Positions 33,674 to 46,683 of a stretch of 64,000 nt of DNA are shown piece after piece. This stretch comes from Chlorokybus atmophyticus. Lineage: Eukaryota > Plantae > Mesostigma and Chlorokybus algae. Position 1 is the stretch's first letter, and each line of letters opens with the position of its first letter. The notes under the pieces are model-generated. The model did no database searches. It saw nothing but the letters and a program-made list of their open reading frames with translations, and was not told the origin of the DNA. The stretch covers positions 643,479 to 707,478 of the forward strand of contig RHPI01000385.1 of assembly GCA_009103225.1 (NCBI GenBank), in the 5' to 3' direction. The translations under genes were made by a program, and so were the position numbers.

Positions 33674-35457
33674 CGTGACAAGTCACAACCAAGCGACGCT
33701 CACGACGACCACGTCCTCGCCGCCTCCACCGCCGCCGCCGGCGACACCTGGCCAGGCCGGCCTGCTGACGTCAGCAGGCTTCGCGGTTAGGTTTTGCGCA
33801 AGAGATGGTCACAGCTAACCGCGTGTTGCGTGGTGAGGCGCGGGCTTGGACTAACCGCGTCCTGGTTAGTAGTAAACCAGGGTTGGTGCTGTGCCGGGCT
33901 GGTTATGCACGGGCGTGGAGCGCGCGGTGCGGAGGTGCCAAAAAAGCAAGCGGGCGGGCATCGTCTTGGCTCTGTGCCGATCTGATCCATAAGCGAGCTG
34001 CTGATTGGCAGGCCAACGAGCTACCGATTTGTGCGGTGCATCGCGCATTCCTGGACAACTCAACCCAGGTGTGTGGCACCAACTTGGTGCCACCAATACA
34101 ACATGACTTACGAACCATGTGGGTAGATGACAAGTTATGGTTGATAACACCAACACAATAACTACTTCTGTTGTCCAACATGGCAATGTAAACGTGATGG
34201 AGCAAGAAAGGCTTGCTTGCAACTTTTACAGTCTCTGAAGCCGATTACAAGCAAGCAATGTTCAGAGCTTAGTAGCTTGTAATGTAATTAGCAATTTTTG
34301 CTTGACGTGTAAAGTTATGCGATATGCCTGGTGTCGTGCCCATTTAATACTAATTGTTTGCTATACAAGCTGTGCTTGCATGTGCCAAAGATGTGCTCGC
34401 ATGTGCCAAAGATGTGCTCGCAAACTTCTTTTTCGCCCCAATGTACGTATATGAATCCAGCACATGGATACTATCAAGTGAAAACGCTGCTCCAGCTTTG
34501 GTAGATTGCCTTATGTGTTCCATTCACAGTCATCATGATCACTGTGATTACTGATAAGTGAGTCTTGCAGCCACCTTGTTTCAAGCATGTGTATCGGATA
34601 GCTTATACGCCTTGAAGCATCTGAATGCATGCGATTTATCCTATTTAAGATAAACTATATATGATTATGTGAATTATGCGGACAAATTAAATGCTATGGC
34701 ACGCAGTATTACGCAATACACATAACATTTATAAGGGGCAAACACACTGACAGAGCGTTAAGATACTCTATCATATGTTTCACATATGCGAGTGTGCTTC
34801 GCGCTCTGCTGTAAGTTATTTCGCCCGCAGCGCAAAAGATAATGTTTAAAGTTGCACAATTCATGAATCACACACGCATTTACAAAAGATAACATTACTT
34901 GCAATACCTTTCAACCCCAAATCAACTTTAATCATTTATTGCAAGTAAGGAAGTTGAATTGATTGCACTTAAGTAAATTACGTTAATTACGCAAAATGAA
35001 TTATGCTTGTCATATGACTGCGTACGCGTACATAAACACATATATGTGTATATAATGGGTTTTAGCCCTATACAACGAGCTGTCATTAATAGCCCCTAAC
35101 AAGAGTACCGGCACATTTGGACAGCCCCCCCGACTGAATGTTATATTACCAAGTGAAACTGTTCAATGCGCTTGTAGCCGCCGAGTTGCGGCTGTCCATT
35201 TATTTTCGTATTTGCATGATGAATTGATACTGGTACAGCCTATGCATATTAATCGCGACAGTCGCCAAGCGGCCGTCGGCACGGTGCAATCATATTAGTT
35301 AAACTACCGTACTTTGTCGGGACCCCCCCCCCCCCGACAAAGTATTTATGCAGGGGGGGCTTTGTTTGTCATACGACCCCCCTACCCTAATATACCCCTC
35401 GGGGTGGGTGGATGGGTGTACTGATGGGTGGAGGCGTGCATAAATACACAGTAAATA

Positions 35458-35927
35458 CAGTCTACCCTTGCTAAGAGCATATTGTTTGTCCCCAGCAATC
35501 GTATGCTCTTGGCGAGGTTATGCTCTTGGCGTTTAAGAAAATAACATGCTCTTGGATGTCAAGAGCATAAACATGCTTTAAGCGCGGTTTCATCACGCCC
35601 ATCACGCCCATAGCGTCAAGCGTACAATGCCACGCCCGTCGCGCCATCACGCTCGTCACGTTAGTTGCGCGTCACACCTCAGCCATCACGCCATATTCAT
35701 CACGCGCGTTACGCGTTATGCCACACCCGTCACGCACTACTCCCCCGACCTTGGAATATCGCTCACTGAAACTTGCGAGAATTACATGACATAAAAATAT
35801 ACTTTTGGCGGTTAAGCATATTCTCTTAAGCACCAACATTTGCCTGTACAACGTTTGGTAATCTCATATTCTATGCTGTTAGCGGGGTTATTCCCTTGAA
35901 AGGAAATCTCTTAGCGGGGGTAGACTG
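35458..35927. mobile_element. 470-bp MITE-like element with 20-bp TIRs and TA target duplication (Tc1/mariner-pogo type)
   Basis: Left TA/CAGTCTACCCTTGCTAAGAG; right CTCTTAGCGGGGGTAGACTG/TA (18 of 20 match); subterminal GCTCTTGGCG-like repeats; no ORF. Confidence 0.8.
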
Positions 35928-36399
35928 TAAGTTGTCCAAGGCATCGATACAGCGACTATGACCGTGGCATTGCCACCGCCGCCCCGTCCGGAGCCTGTTT
36001 CCGTCGTATCTCGTGCCTACCGCCTTGCGGTAGGCGCGAAATACGACGCGCAGTTACGCGACGTCGCGTATCTGATGCCGCGCAGAATTACTACCCCCCC
36101 GTTTATTAAGCCCCCCCTAGTACACCCCCCCCCAGAATATGGGTGGGGCTTTGTTTTGGAGGGGGGGGGTGGGGGTGTATTCGCACAAATACGGTAATTC
36201 ACCGTCCATATCGGAGTCGGAACCATCAACACGGCGGCGGGGACGCGACCGGCGGGATTGTCCGGGGATCGAGCCGCACGGCCGTCGCGCCGCCGGCCTC
36301 GCGGTTAGCCGCGCGTCGGCGCAGGGCGAACCTCGCGCCGACGGGCGGACCTTGCGCCGCAAGTTTGCGCCGACCAACTGCTCGATATTGATGATGTAT

Positions 36400-37330
36400 G
36401 ATGTACATTTACATGTACATAATATACATGGATATGAGGTTACTCACACGTGTTACAAGGATAACCGTATGCATACGTGTACAATGTGACATTGTACATA
36501 TATGCATCTATACATACATACATATATATATATATATGTATGTACATGCCATGACACACACACACACACACACACATACATGTTTATGTACATATATATA
36601 TATATATATATATGGGGATACACATGTATAGAATATTGTACACATATATGTACACAAACTTACACCCTTATATATATGTACATAAGTTTATATGATTGTA
36701 TTGTATATGTTTCATTTTGTAAAATATGTAATGGTGCGGTTATAAATATTAATTCATTCATTCAACCTCGAAGTGTACCATACCACAGTAAGCACACATT
36801 GATCACTTACTTTACACATGCAGTGTATGTTGATATTTATGTTTGCCTTCATGTGATACAATATAGTATGATAATAAATGTATCAGATATACATTAACCA
36901 TATTGTTAAGACTAAATTACATTATCTACTATGTGGTAAGTGATAGACATATGCATAGACATATCTATGTTAATACAATAATAAATGATTATTATAACAA
37001 TACATACGATTTACTCACATGCTCATCATATGTGATATGAGCATGTGAGCGTATATGATCGCAAGATGGTGCACATAACACTGTATTATAATTACACATG
37101 CACTGCATGCGTATAATCATATGCTCATATATTGTGATTATACGCATGCAGTGCATATGAGTATATGCATATACAATTACATGTATATTATGCATGTGAC
37201 ACACCATATCTGAGAAAATGACAAATATAACTACAACTACACATACACAATTTTCTATGACATTTTGTGAGATGTATACATTTTTATATGCCACGCCTAA
37301 CTGGCAAGGCATATATGTACATGCATATGC
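36400..37330. repeat. AT-rich low-complexity tract with (TA)n, (CA)n and TACA/TATG repeats
   Basis: Direct inspection, e.g. (CA)n at ~36555-36575 and (TA)n at ~36521-36535 and ~36591-36612. Confidence 0.85.
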
Positions 37331-40300
37331 TTGACTGATGCGGTGTTACATAATCACTCTTGGCTGCTATTACAGCATGATCGCAGAGAGTTCAACTTGT
37401 TAAGTGTATACAATTTATAAGTGGTTCACTTATACAGTTATTTTTTGTGCTCACGAGCCTTGCATAAGATGAAGTGTATAGCTCTTTTGTAACATGTGGC
37501 GCTCACTTACCTGCTGGCAAGCGTCACCACTTGTGCACACACGCAAGAAGTTTCTTTGCAACACTTTAATGTTGCGACTTTAAGCTTACGGAAGTCATAG
37601 CACTAGCTGGTGCTGTGACTTCTGCAGGCCCTTGCAGGAGAGGATGACCGAGCAGCCTTCCAACAGCTCCCGCACACACACTTGTGCACACGCACATGAA
37701 AGTTTTTACACCACACCCTGATGTAGCAGCTTTGAGGAAGTCACAGCATTAAGCCCTAGCAGAAGAGAATTGAAAGCGCAGCCCCGAGCTGTCCAAGGCT
37801 TTAATAGCTGTAGCACACACATGTGCAGCCACCCATAAACACCACGCACGCACACACGCACGCACGCACATCACAAGGGATTGGAAGGAGAGCCCTTAAA
37901 CAGCCATCATTAGGCACCTTGCACAAGTGGCCCGCTAGCATAGTGGACGCACACACTGATGATCTTTAACGAATTGTGCGCCTTGCAATTGTTTCCACGG
38001 GTTGCTCTCTCAACCAAGCAAATAATATGCAAGGCCACCTGGGCCTTGTCACTATGCCACAGTAACAATATGTTAGCGCAATGTGCTGACCTATTAACGC
38101 CGGCTGACTGTGTTAATGACAAGTCTTATCTCATCACAGGATGGCAACCTCAGGATTGTCAAACACATCATAGCTGCTAAAGTATGCTTGATATGAATCA
38201 GGCTTTGTGCTTGTTGATTGAGGTCACGTGTATGGGGTGCTTTGCTTGATTGTACAAGGGCCTCAAGAAAGTCTTATCCTTCGTGTGTGAGGCTGGTGCT
38301 GTGGTGCTACTGAAACATGAAGCGATGTCTATTAAGGGGCGTTTATTTTACTTCTCGGCAACCTGGACCAGCTGCCCCTGAGCATTCGGCGATGTTCATT
38401 TACACACACAAGTGTGCGCTGCCTTGAATATGTATGTGCTCCATTGCATTGATAGGCCTTGACACACGGCATAAGACTCTTGATTGTGATATACGCCATG
38501 CCATATATAATGTGACAATGTGGCTGTGTGTGGTACAAATTGTGGTTATTCATGCACACACACGCGCTCAAACACATACACAACGATCAGGCAGGCCACA
38601 TGCACTACACTACACTACACTACACAGCTACCGTCGTGATGCATCAGTAGCTATGCACACATGTGTGTGCATGTATATGTTGCCACTCACAGACGTCATA
38701 CTACTAAGTGTTTTGGGTGAACTCGACACAGCTACTGTAGTGATGCATCAGGAGCTTTGCACACATGTGTGTGCATGTGTATGTTCCCGATGGTTGGCAA
38801 TAGCGTTGGTGCTGTAGAGCTTATGCATTTTCAATCATGGTGTGCATTGTCATCATCAGCTGCACTGTTAAAAGGGCAGTAAGAAGCTCATTACAGGATA
38901 AGGTTGTTATATTGTATGCCGAGGTACGAGTACACAGCCTGAGCGCAGCAGACATGTCATGCCGCATTTGATTATCTACTGCATTGTTGAAGGGGCATTG
39001 AGAGGCTAAGAACAAGGTTGACTCCATCAGACTACATTTATCTGTTCAAAGCTTGTGCGTCTGCGATACCATACATCAAGTTCCAATTGCATGCTAGACA
39101 CATGTACGCATGTGTGCATGCATTGTTGTGTGCACGATACATGTATCGTACTGCATGTATGCAGCTGCTCAAAGCAGCCTCAAAGCAATTACATTTAGTA
39201 GTGTAAGTCACCATGCAGTCAGTTTACGAAGCAAGCACACATACAACACGCACACACATGCGCAGCCGCGCTCACACACACCCACGGTGGAATTTAGAGA
39301 GCGTACAATCACTCACAACCGCTGTCAATCACATACATGCACGCAGGCTGACGCAAATACTTACACACGCACGCACAAGCACTTGTATGGGCAGTCACTC
39401 ACGCTCGTCGTTTCGTTGATAAATTTGTTAGTACATGTCTTTAGCGCCGGCGCACACGCACATGGGATGCGCGCGCATGGGAGGGTGCTGCAAGGTAGCA
39501 GATTGAGTGCAAGATGGGAGTTGCGCGCACACATACTTACGCACGCAGACACATACACATACACATTCAAACATATCTACTGAGCCGCCACCGCTGCACG
39601 TTTGTTACTGGCTGTGCGCATGGCTTAAAATTCATGCGTCAATGCAAGCTTCCTTGGGCCTAACCCTCCCGCAGCTCCGCTTCCGATGAGGCCAGGCCGT
39701 CCTGCAGCTGGTCCACCTCCAGCTCCGCCACCGCCTTCGACTCCATCTCCTCCTTCGCCGCCGCCGTTGCCGCCACCAACCACCTCACCGCCCCTGCAGC
39801 AGGAGACCACCAGTGTATTGACAACTTCGCTACCACTCACAAAAGCTTGATATCCACCATATCACCGATATTCCTAACTGTTCATAGTTAGCAAGGGACA
39901 TATAACGTCCCTGACTCGACTGGCCGGTAGACACCCAGAGGGTGTCCGATGCTTATATATAAAGGTGTCTAGACACGAAAGACACCTTTGCGACCTCACT
40001 ATACTAATACGGTCCAGTTGATGGCGGCCGGTCGCAGTGGTCAAACCAATCCTAAACCAATAATCGGCGCGCAATGCAACGCAGCGTTGAGCGCGGACGC
40101 AATCAAGGTCGTACCGTGCAATACGGCGCCGACCAAAAAGGGCACAAGCCAAGCGCGCAAGGACAATGATGAAGACATGAGTGCGCATTGATGGCCTAGA
40201 CGACTGTGCCGATTTAGACTCGTTACGCTTGTACAAGTTATCGCCGTTACGGCTGTTACGCAACCCAACCACCAGCATAACGTACCATGATGGCAAAACA

Positions 40301-41118
40301 CCTGTGATACCGGACACATCCATCCCGGTATCGCAGCGGTTGGGTCCAGGCAGGGGCTATCCAACCAACCGCGTACCGCGTAGTGAGAAGGCGACATACG
40401 ACGCACGTTCTCTCTCCTTCGGGGATTCCCATGCGCTCATGGAAGCAAGCTTGTGGCTTCGGGCATTGCGTAACTGGCGGTGGGCGACCTTTCACCTTTA
40501 AGGTGGCCCAAGCAGTAATCCACCTTTCTGGTTACCTCTGTTTCTTCCTACCCACTTTTTCAGCGCGCTTTTCCCGACCTTTTGCCCCTCGCCTCACGGA
40601 AATTGCTGAAAAGTTCTGCCCTTGGCGGTCGGTGCCGCCATAGCCACAAAGCTTTTGCTTTCCGCCGCCGCCACGCAGCCAAAAGCTGCGGCTGCTTGCT
40701 TCTCAGGGTATCGACGGGTGGTGCGGCGGTGACGGCGGCGGCGGCGGCGGCGGCGGCGAGGCAGACGGAGGCTGGGTGACAGACGCAGGGAGCGAGGGAC
40801 AGAGACAGGCGAGTACGGGAGGCAGAGCGAGGGGAGAGTAGGCGCAAAGTGAGAGAGAGCGTTGCAACCAAGTCAGTGAAGTGAGCTTGGGGTGGTACAT
40901 GGCAGTAGTGGCGCTGGCAACTACCGAAACGGAGGCCGTGGATGCTGCTGCCGCTTGTGGTGTAGTTGCGAGAACGGCAGGGTGAGGGATTGCCCGAGTG
41001 CACGCACAGCAGAAGTGGAAGGAGCCGTCGTAGCAGGAGAGTGCGGCCCGCTTGGACTTTAGCCGGAGCTGTTGGCTTCTTGCAAAGATAGACAGACGGG
41101 GGGAAGGAACAGGCAGAC

Positions 41119-42630
41119 ATGAGGCGGCGTAACCCCAGCAATGCCTGCGAGGCGTGCGAGCGTAACCCCGCCGCCGTCTACTGCAAGGTAAGGCATATGC
41201 CACACCCATATTTCCTTTCAACGGCAGCGGCAAGCCCGCTAGCGTTGTGCTAGTTCTTTGCGGCCTAGTCCTTCTGTTTGGGCAGCTCGCTATGCCACAA
41301 AAACATAACCAAATCCTGCTGGACGCATACACACGTATGCGCATACTGGATGTATGTGGAGGGCAGCCTGCCAGGAATTGCTCAAGTGCTAGTTAGCTGT
41401 CCATGTGGCAGGACTTCCACGTCCTGTCGATAGCCGTCCCTGTGCAGTTAGGTGGCTGGGACGGCCGTGTCTTGCTGCTGGGTTGATATTGCTAGGTACC
41501 CATGTCGACAGCTAGCAGCCCAGTAGACTCATGGCAGCAGCTCGGCTGGTGTGCCTCCCCAGCTTGCCGGTCATTTGAGCACGTTGCATGCCTGCACTAA
41601 CGGAATGACTACTTGCCTTTCTCACTGACGTTTCATGGCATGTTTCAGGCGGATTCTGCGTATCTGTGCCTGCTGTGCGACTCCTCCATCCATGCAGCGA
41701 ATAAGCTCGCTTCCCGGCATGAGCGTGTGCTGTGCAAGGTCAGTGTGCACAACATCTTGGCACACACAGCAGTCTCGTCATTATCTGCCATAGCAACTTA
41801 CCTTCGCTGCTCAGTCGGACTTCACTGCCGAGCTGCGCGACGCCATGCTGGAGTCAATGGAGGCCCAGTGGTTGCAGCAGACAGACACACCAGACATCAA
41901 GCCTTGCACCTCAAACGATCTCAACTTCTCAGTCGGGGAGCTGGAGTCGATGCTTGACATGAAACCCGAATCACCGGTTCCACTGGCTTACACCAATGCC
42001 AGCACAAGTGGGCGCAAAGGTGAGACTGGCTCTTTACGAGATGCTAATTGCTGTGTGTCCCGGTTGTAAACATCAGCTTGCTAATAGTTGAACACTGGAA
42101 ATCGCAGAGTGTTTGCACCAACTTCAAGAGGCCCCGGATGTGATGATGCAAAGGGGGATGTCATGGAAGGACGAGAACATCACCTCCTCAGCCGCGAAGC
42201 TGAGCAGTGGTTCACAGGCTGCAAACAACGAGTTTATTGCTACTCTGCAGGCGTCGGACCAATATCGTAGCCCACGCCCAGCCGTCACCACCAACCAATC
42301 TCTTCAGAACATGTAAGTGGGCAGTAAGTGTAGCAACACCCCCACACCTTCATGCTATGGCTGGATACTGGTACCTGTCGATCTTATCTGCTCACCGAGT
42401 GATTTCGCTTTTGCATCACCTACAGCTGACTCAGTTGCCACTGCAGGCAAGATGAGCTGTCACAAGTCCCCACGAATTTTATGGGCATGTACCAAGTCGT
42501 GCCAACACTCGGGGGTCAAAATGAGGCGTGCATGCAGCGGCCAGGCCAGTCATGCTTTGTGACGGACAGCTCAAGCTGCCAGCTGGGCTCTTTGTCGCCG
42601 CGAGGCAGCGTGTTGGCTGCAGGCGGCAGC

Positions 42631-42676
<46 letters not shown>

Positions 42677-43197
42677 GCAGCTTCTTCAACAGCAACAGCA
42701 ACAGCTACTTTGCCAGCAGCACGAGCGCGTTGCCCAACACTCCCTCGCTACAGCATCATCACCAGCAGCAGCAGCAACAGGCTGCACAGACACAGCTGCA
42801 GGCTCAGTCCGCCCAGCAGCAGCAGCCACAGGCACCACAGCAGCGGCTGGGCAGAAATCCCACAAGAATGGACCCGTTTGAGATGCCGCAGGCGTCTATG
42901 CGCTCCTTCAGCGCCGGAAACCTCAGCATACTGCCTCCTGACTTGGACTACATGTCTATGTTTAGCCAGAGCGCGGAGCAGCAGACGCCAACTGACAAGA
43001 GTCTGGAGTCTCCTCATGACGGCCTCACGCGCAATGATCGGTTGCTGCGTTTCCGCCAGAAGAAGGAGCGACTGAGCTACAAAAAGCTTGTGCGCTACGA
43101 GAGCCGCAAGGTTCTTGCCGATGCGCGCCCGCGTATAAAGGGCCGCTTTGTTAAGATGCACTCGCCGTCCGATGGGCACACACTCCCCGTCCTTTAA
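41119..43197 (+). CDS. CONSTANS-like protein (single B-box plus CCT); exons 41119-41187, 41649-41738, 41815-42019, 42108-42312, 42447-43197
   Basis: CEACERNPAAVYCK/ADSAYLCLLCDSSIHAANKLASRHERV; CCT RNDRLLRFRQKKERLSYKKLVRYESRKVLADARPRIKGRFVK; splice phases consistent. Confidence 0.92.
42631..42675 (+). repeat. (AAC)15 coding microsatellite encoding poly-Asn
   Basis: Direct count, in frame within the COL last exon. Confidence 0.95.
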
Positions 43198-44419
43198 TTG
43201 CTGCAGGCGTCCTAGGCCATAAGCCACGTGTACACAAGTCACCAAGCAACATCCCGGAGTCGCATACGGCTCCGCATTCTGTGCAGTTTTGTTATCCCTT
43301 AACTAGCAGAGATACCTTCACAACAGCCTGTCTGGCTACGTTCTCGACCGGTGAGCAGAACAAGGCTGTGGTGCAGTGTTTAGGTTATCGTTGCTGGGGT
43401 AGTTTGCTAGGGTGTATGTCGCCCCCATGTAGCCCCGCATCTGTACATTGTATAGCGGCAAACAGTTTTCTTGTTTTGTCGCATTGTGGAAATCTGTGTT
43501 CGGCCTTGTTTTCGGAGCACTTAGATGGCAGCGTCGCACAAGGGCTTGGTTGACTGTGCAGCCCTTGTTGTGAACTTATAGCACAATGTTCCGCAACTTG
43601 CTTTTGATAACTCGTGCAGTTGTGTTGTACTGTACAGGGTATGTGAAGCGCTGTGTATTGTATGACAAGGACGATGCATTGGAACGAGAGTGTACAACAT
43701 ACCATGCGATGCACGCTGTGCACCTGTGCGTGCACTCCAGACAATTGCAACCGAATGATAGCTTGTGGAGGCGGTGGTGAGAGCATTGGGACGGCAGGTA
43801 GGTACGGGGAGACCACGTTGTCCTGCTGTTGTTGCTGGCTGGAAGGCCGTTGACCATGGTGCATGCACAGGTAACCAAGCCTGTAGTGCATATATGCGTG
43901 ATCAACAGGAGGGTGGTGGCGGCGGGATGAGTACTAGACTAGAGCGTAGGTAGCGCACGATAGAGTTTGTTGGTTGTGTATGTAGTTTGAAGGAGAGGGT
44001 GTGGAAGAGAGGGTGGATGTTGCCTTCCACATATCCACATCTATGAGCCGGAGGCATCCATCGAGGTACGCTGAGCATCGGCAGCTGTTTGGGAGCTATA
44101 GCACGGCTATCGAGCTTGACACTCATCACGCTAGTGACAAGATCGTCCCCTTCAACATCTTCAGCAAACCAATGTACGGCAATGCACATGTTTGCATTCC
44201 GCGTTACACACGGTTGAGCAGACCGCACCTATAGGTGACTGGCGGCTCGCATTACGTGTGTGGGGCATTACTGCAGGCAGCGGGCACGCACTTGCTGCGC
44301 TAGCAAGGTAGGGCGTGCGCGCCTGCGCCGCTTATGACGCTGTGCGCGACGAGATGTTCAGCAGGGCCAAGACCGCCTTCTCTGCGAGACGCGAGCAGTC
44401 AGGCTGTATCCGTGTGGGG

Positions 44420-44780
44420 GAGTCACAGCGAGACGTATCGACTTGATAGCATCAGAGTATGGCCATGACATGATGCTCTGCTGATGTCACTGTGGCAGCG
44501 TGCAGAGATCAAGCCAGTGCGGTGGGGCGAGCCACTCAGCTGGCAACCGAGGCAACGAAGCGGCGCAAGTACAGCAATCACCCGCCGGGGGACACTTCTT
44601 ACCCGATGGCAATGGAGACGCACGGCTCGGAGAGAACTTTCACCACCGTGGTGCGCGGCACTGCCTACCTTGTGGCATGCGCTTGTGCGCGTGACCTGAT
44701 GGCGGTACGCCGGAGTAGCACCGAGGGGTTCAAGGACTGTTGTGAATATGCCGGCAGCGAGTGGCCTGTACATTGCAGCG
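44420..44780 (+). pseudogene. Relic 3' end of a non-LTR retrotransposon of the restriction-like endonuclease type
   Basis: DVTVA...ATEATKRRKYSNHPPGDTSYPMAMETHG resembles the A..K..KY......F.P.A.ET.G C-terminal motif of RLE LINEs. Confidence 0.55.
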
Positions 44781-45139
44781 AGCGCACATTCATGACACGT
44801 AATGGAGCGAGCCGCGGCAGTAGTGGTGGCGATGCCGGGCAGGGCAATAGGCCACCCATTTTGGAGTTGAATGCATCAATGGCGAAGATGGTTGCTGGCA
44901 TGATGCGTCGAGATCGTCGGCTTTGATGACTTGCGCTTTTTGGTGTGTTCGTTCGTGTGTGCGCACAAGAGAGTACTACTTAATGATGCAGGGACTCCGT
45001 TTTGTAGTCAGGCAATGCGATGTGATACTATAATACTACGAACTTTATGTTCAATCACCAAGTGTACGTTGAAACGCATACACATGCAAACATGAGGCTT
45101 GTGGACCAAGCCGTGAACAGCCGAAAATGCACCCCCCCC

Positions 45140-45388
45140 NNNNNNNNNNNNNNNNNNNNNNNNNNNNNNNNNNNNNNNNNNNNNNNNNNNNNNNNNNNNN
45201 NNNNNNNNNNNNNNNNNNNNNNNNNNNNNNNNNNNNNNNNNNNNNNNNNNNNNNNNNNNNNNNNNNNNNNNNNNNNNNNNNNNNNNNNNNNNNNNNNNNN
45301 NNNNNNNNNNNNNNNNNNNNNNNNNNNNNNNNNNNNNNNNNNNNNNNNNNNNNNNNNNNNNNNNNNNNNNNNNNNNNNNNNNNNNNNN
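45140..45388. other. Assembly gap (249 N)
   Basis: Run of N after poly-C. Confidence 1.
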
Positions 45389-46683
45389 ACTACTGCGACA
45401 TCGATGTTCCGATGCAACTGATGTTTTTAGACACGCCGAGAGGTACTCAGCAATATACCATGTGGTACATTGCCACATCATCTCGGTCAAGCAGGCCATG
45501 CTAAGGGCCCGTTACAAGTACTCTTAAGTGCACATGTACACCCTTGGTGTTGATGCGATTGACATTAGGGCATGCCTGACCACATATAAAAGAATACATA
45601 ATATGGTCACAATCGTGGTCACGAACTATTCTTATGTGCAAGTGCCGCATCCGCCTACGTAACTAGAGAACTGCAGCCCTCCATGATAGTGACATTCAAG
45701 CGTTATGCTGTCAGTGCAGTATCATGCATATTACACATGTTAATCAATTACACATACCACACACATCATATGCATACCGCACACGGGCACCACACTACGC
45801 GAGTGTTGTGTATGCCTCCGGCATCGCCGCCACCAGCGGCACTCCATGCTTTGGGATTGCCATCGCCTGTGCCCATCATGCAGCGCAAGCTATGAGCTTG
45901 CAGTAAAGGCGAATAAACCCCTCTAGGCATTGCTGCTCCGCCTCACGCCATCCCTATGTGGCGAATGAACGCAGCAGTGTGCGAGAAGTCTTTGGTAAAT
46001 ACTTGTAACAATTTTCCTAGCTTCTGTCAAGTAGTATTACGCTTCCTTCCAAGGCAGGTGAAGTGTTGAATGAACAAGTGATGGCTGCGGGTTTGTGTTG
46101 GTTAATGATATGAAGTTGCGGCAAGCCCTTGCCTACCATACTACCAACCCTGCCACTACGCATACCGCCCTATTCATCGAAACACCCATATACATGGTAG
46201 GTTGGTTGGTTTCGCCAGTGCTGCCAACTGCGTGCCCCACATATGCACATATTTGCCTCCATATTCCCTCTTGCATCTTGTGTACACACCAGACACGAAC
46301 AAGAGTAGAGTAGTGTTGTCTGACCGGGTGGTTACATGAAATGATGTTGGTAATGGTTGGCATATAATGTTACATTGCTGATTACACGTTGATTGCATGA
46401 GACTTTGTATTCCGCACACAACATGTACATCTCACACCTCACACACATCGCACCCAGCGTCACGCCGCTGCGCCATAACACACGCCCCTTGCAATGCCAC
46501 CCAGCGCTGAAGCATTTTTGGAGGCTACTACGGTACATGTGCGCTCGCGTTATCCGACACCACATAAAGCTCAACCACACGCGATCGTAATAACGTCTGG
46601 TCAAGTGGCACAACCGTAGACAGGGCTGACAGTGCATTCAGCAAGCAGACACAAGTACTGCAACAAGAAAGCAACATCATTTT

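Noticed and set aside
34371-34421. 21-bp tandem repeat (TGTGCTCGCATGTGCCAAAGA x~2.4), plus (CACTA)n at ~38603, (CATGAG)n at ~47886 and (GCT)n at ~57700
   Set aside because: Ordinary slippage repeats with no further structure.
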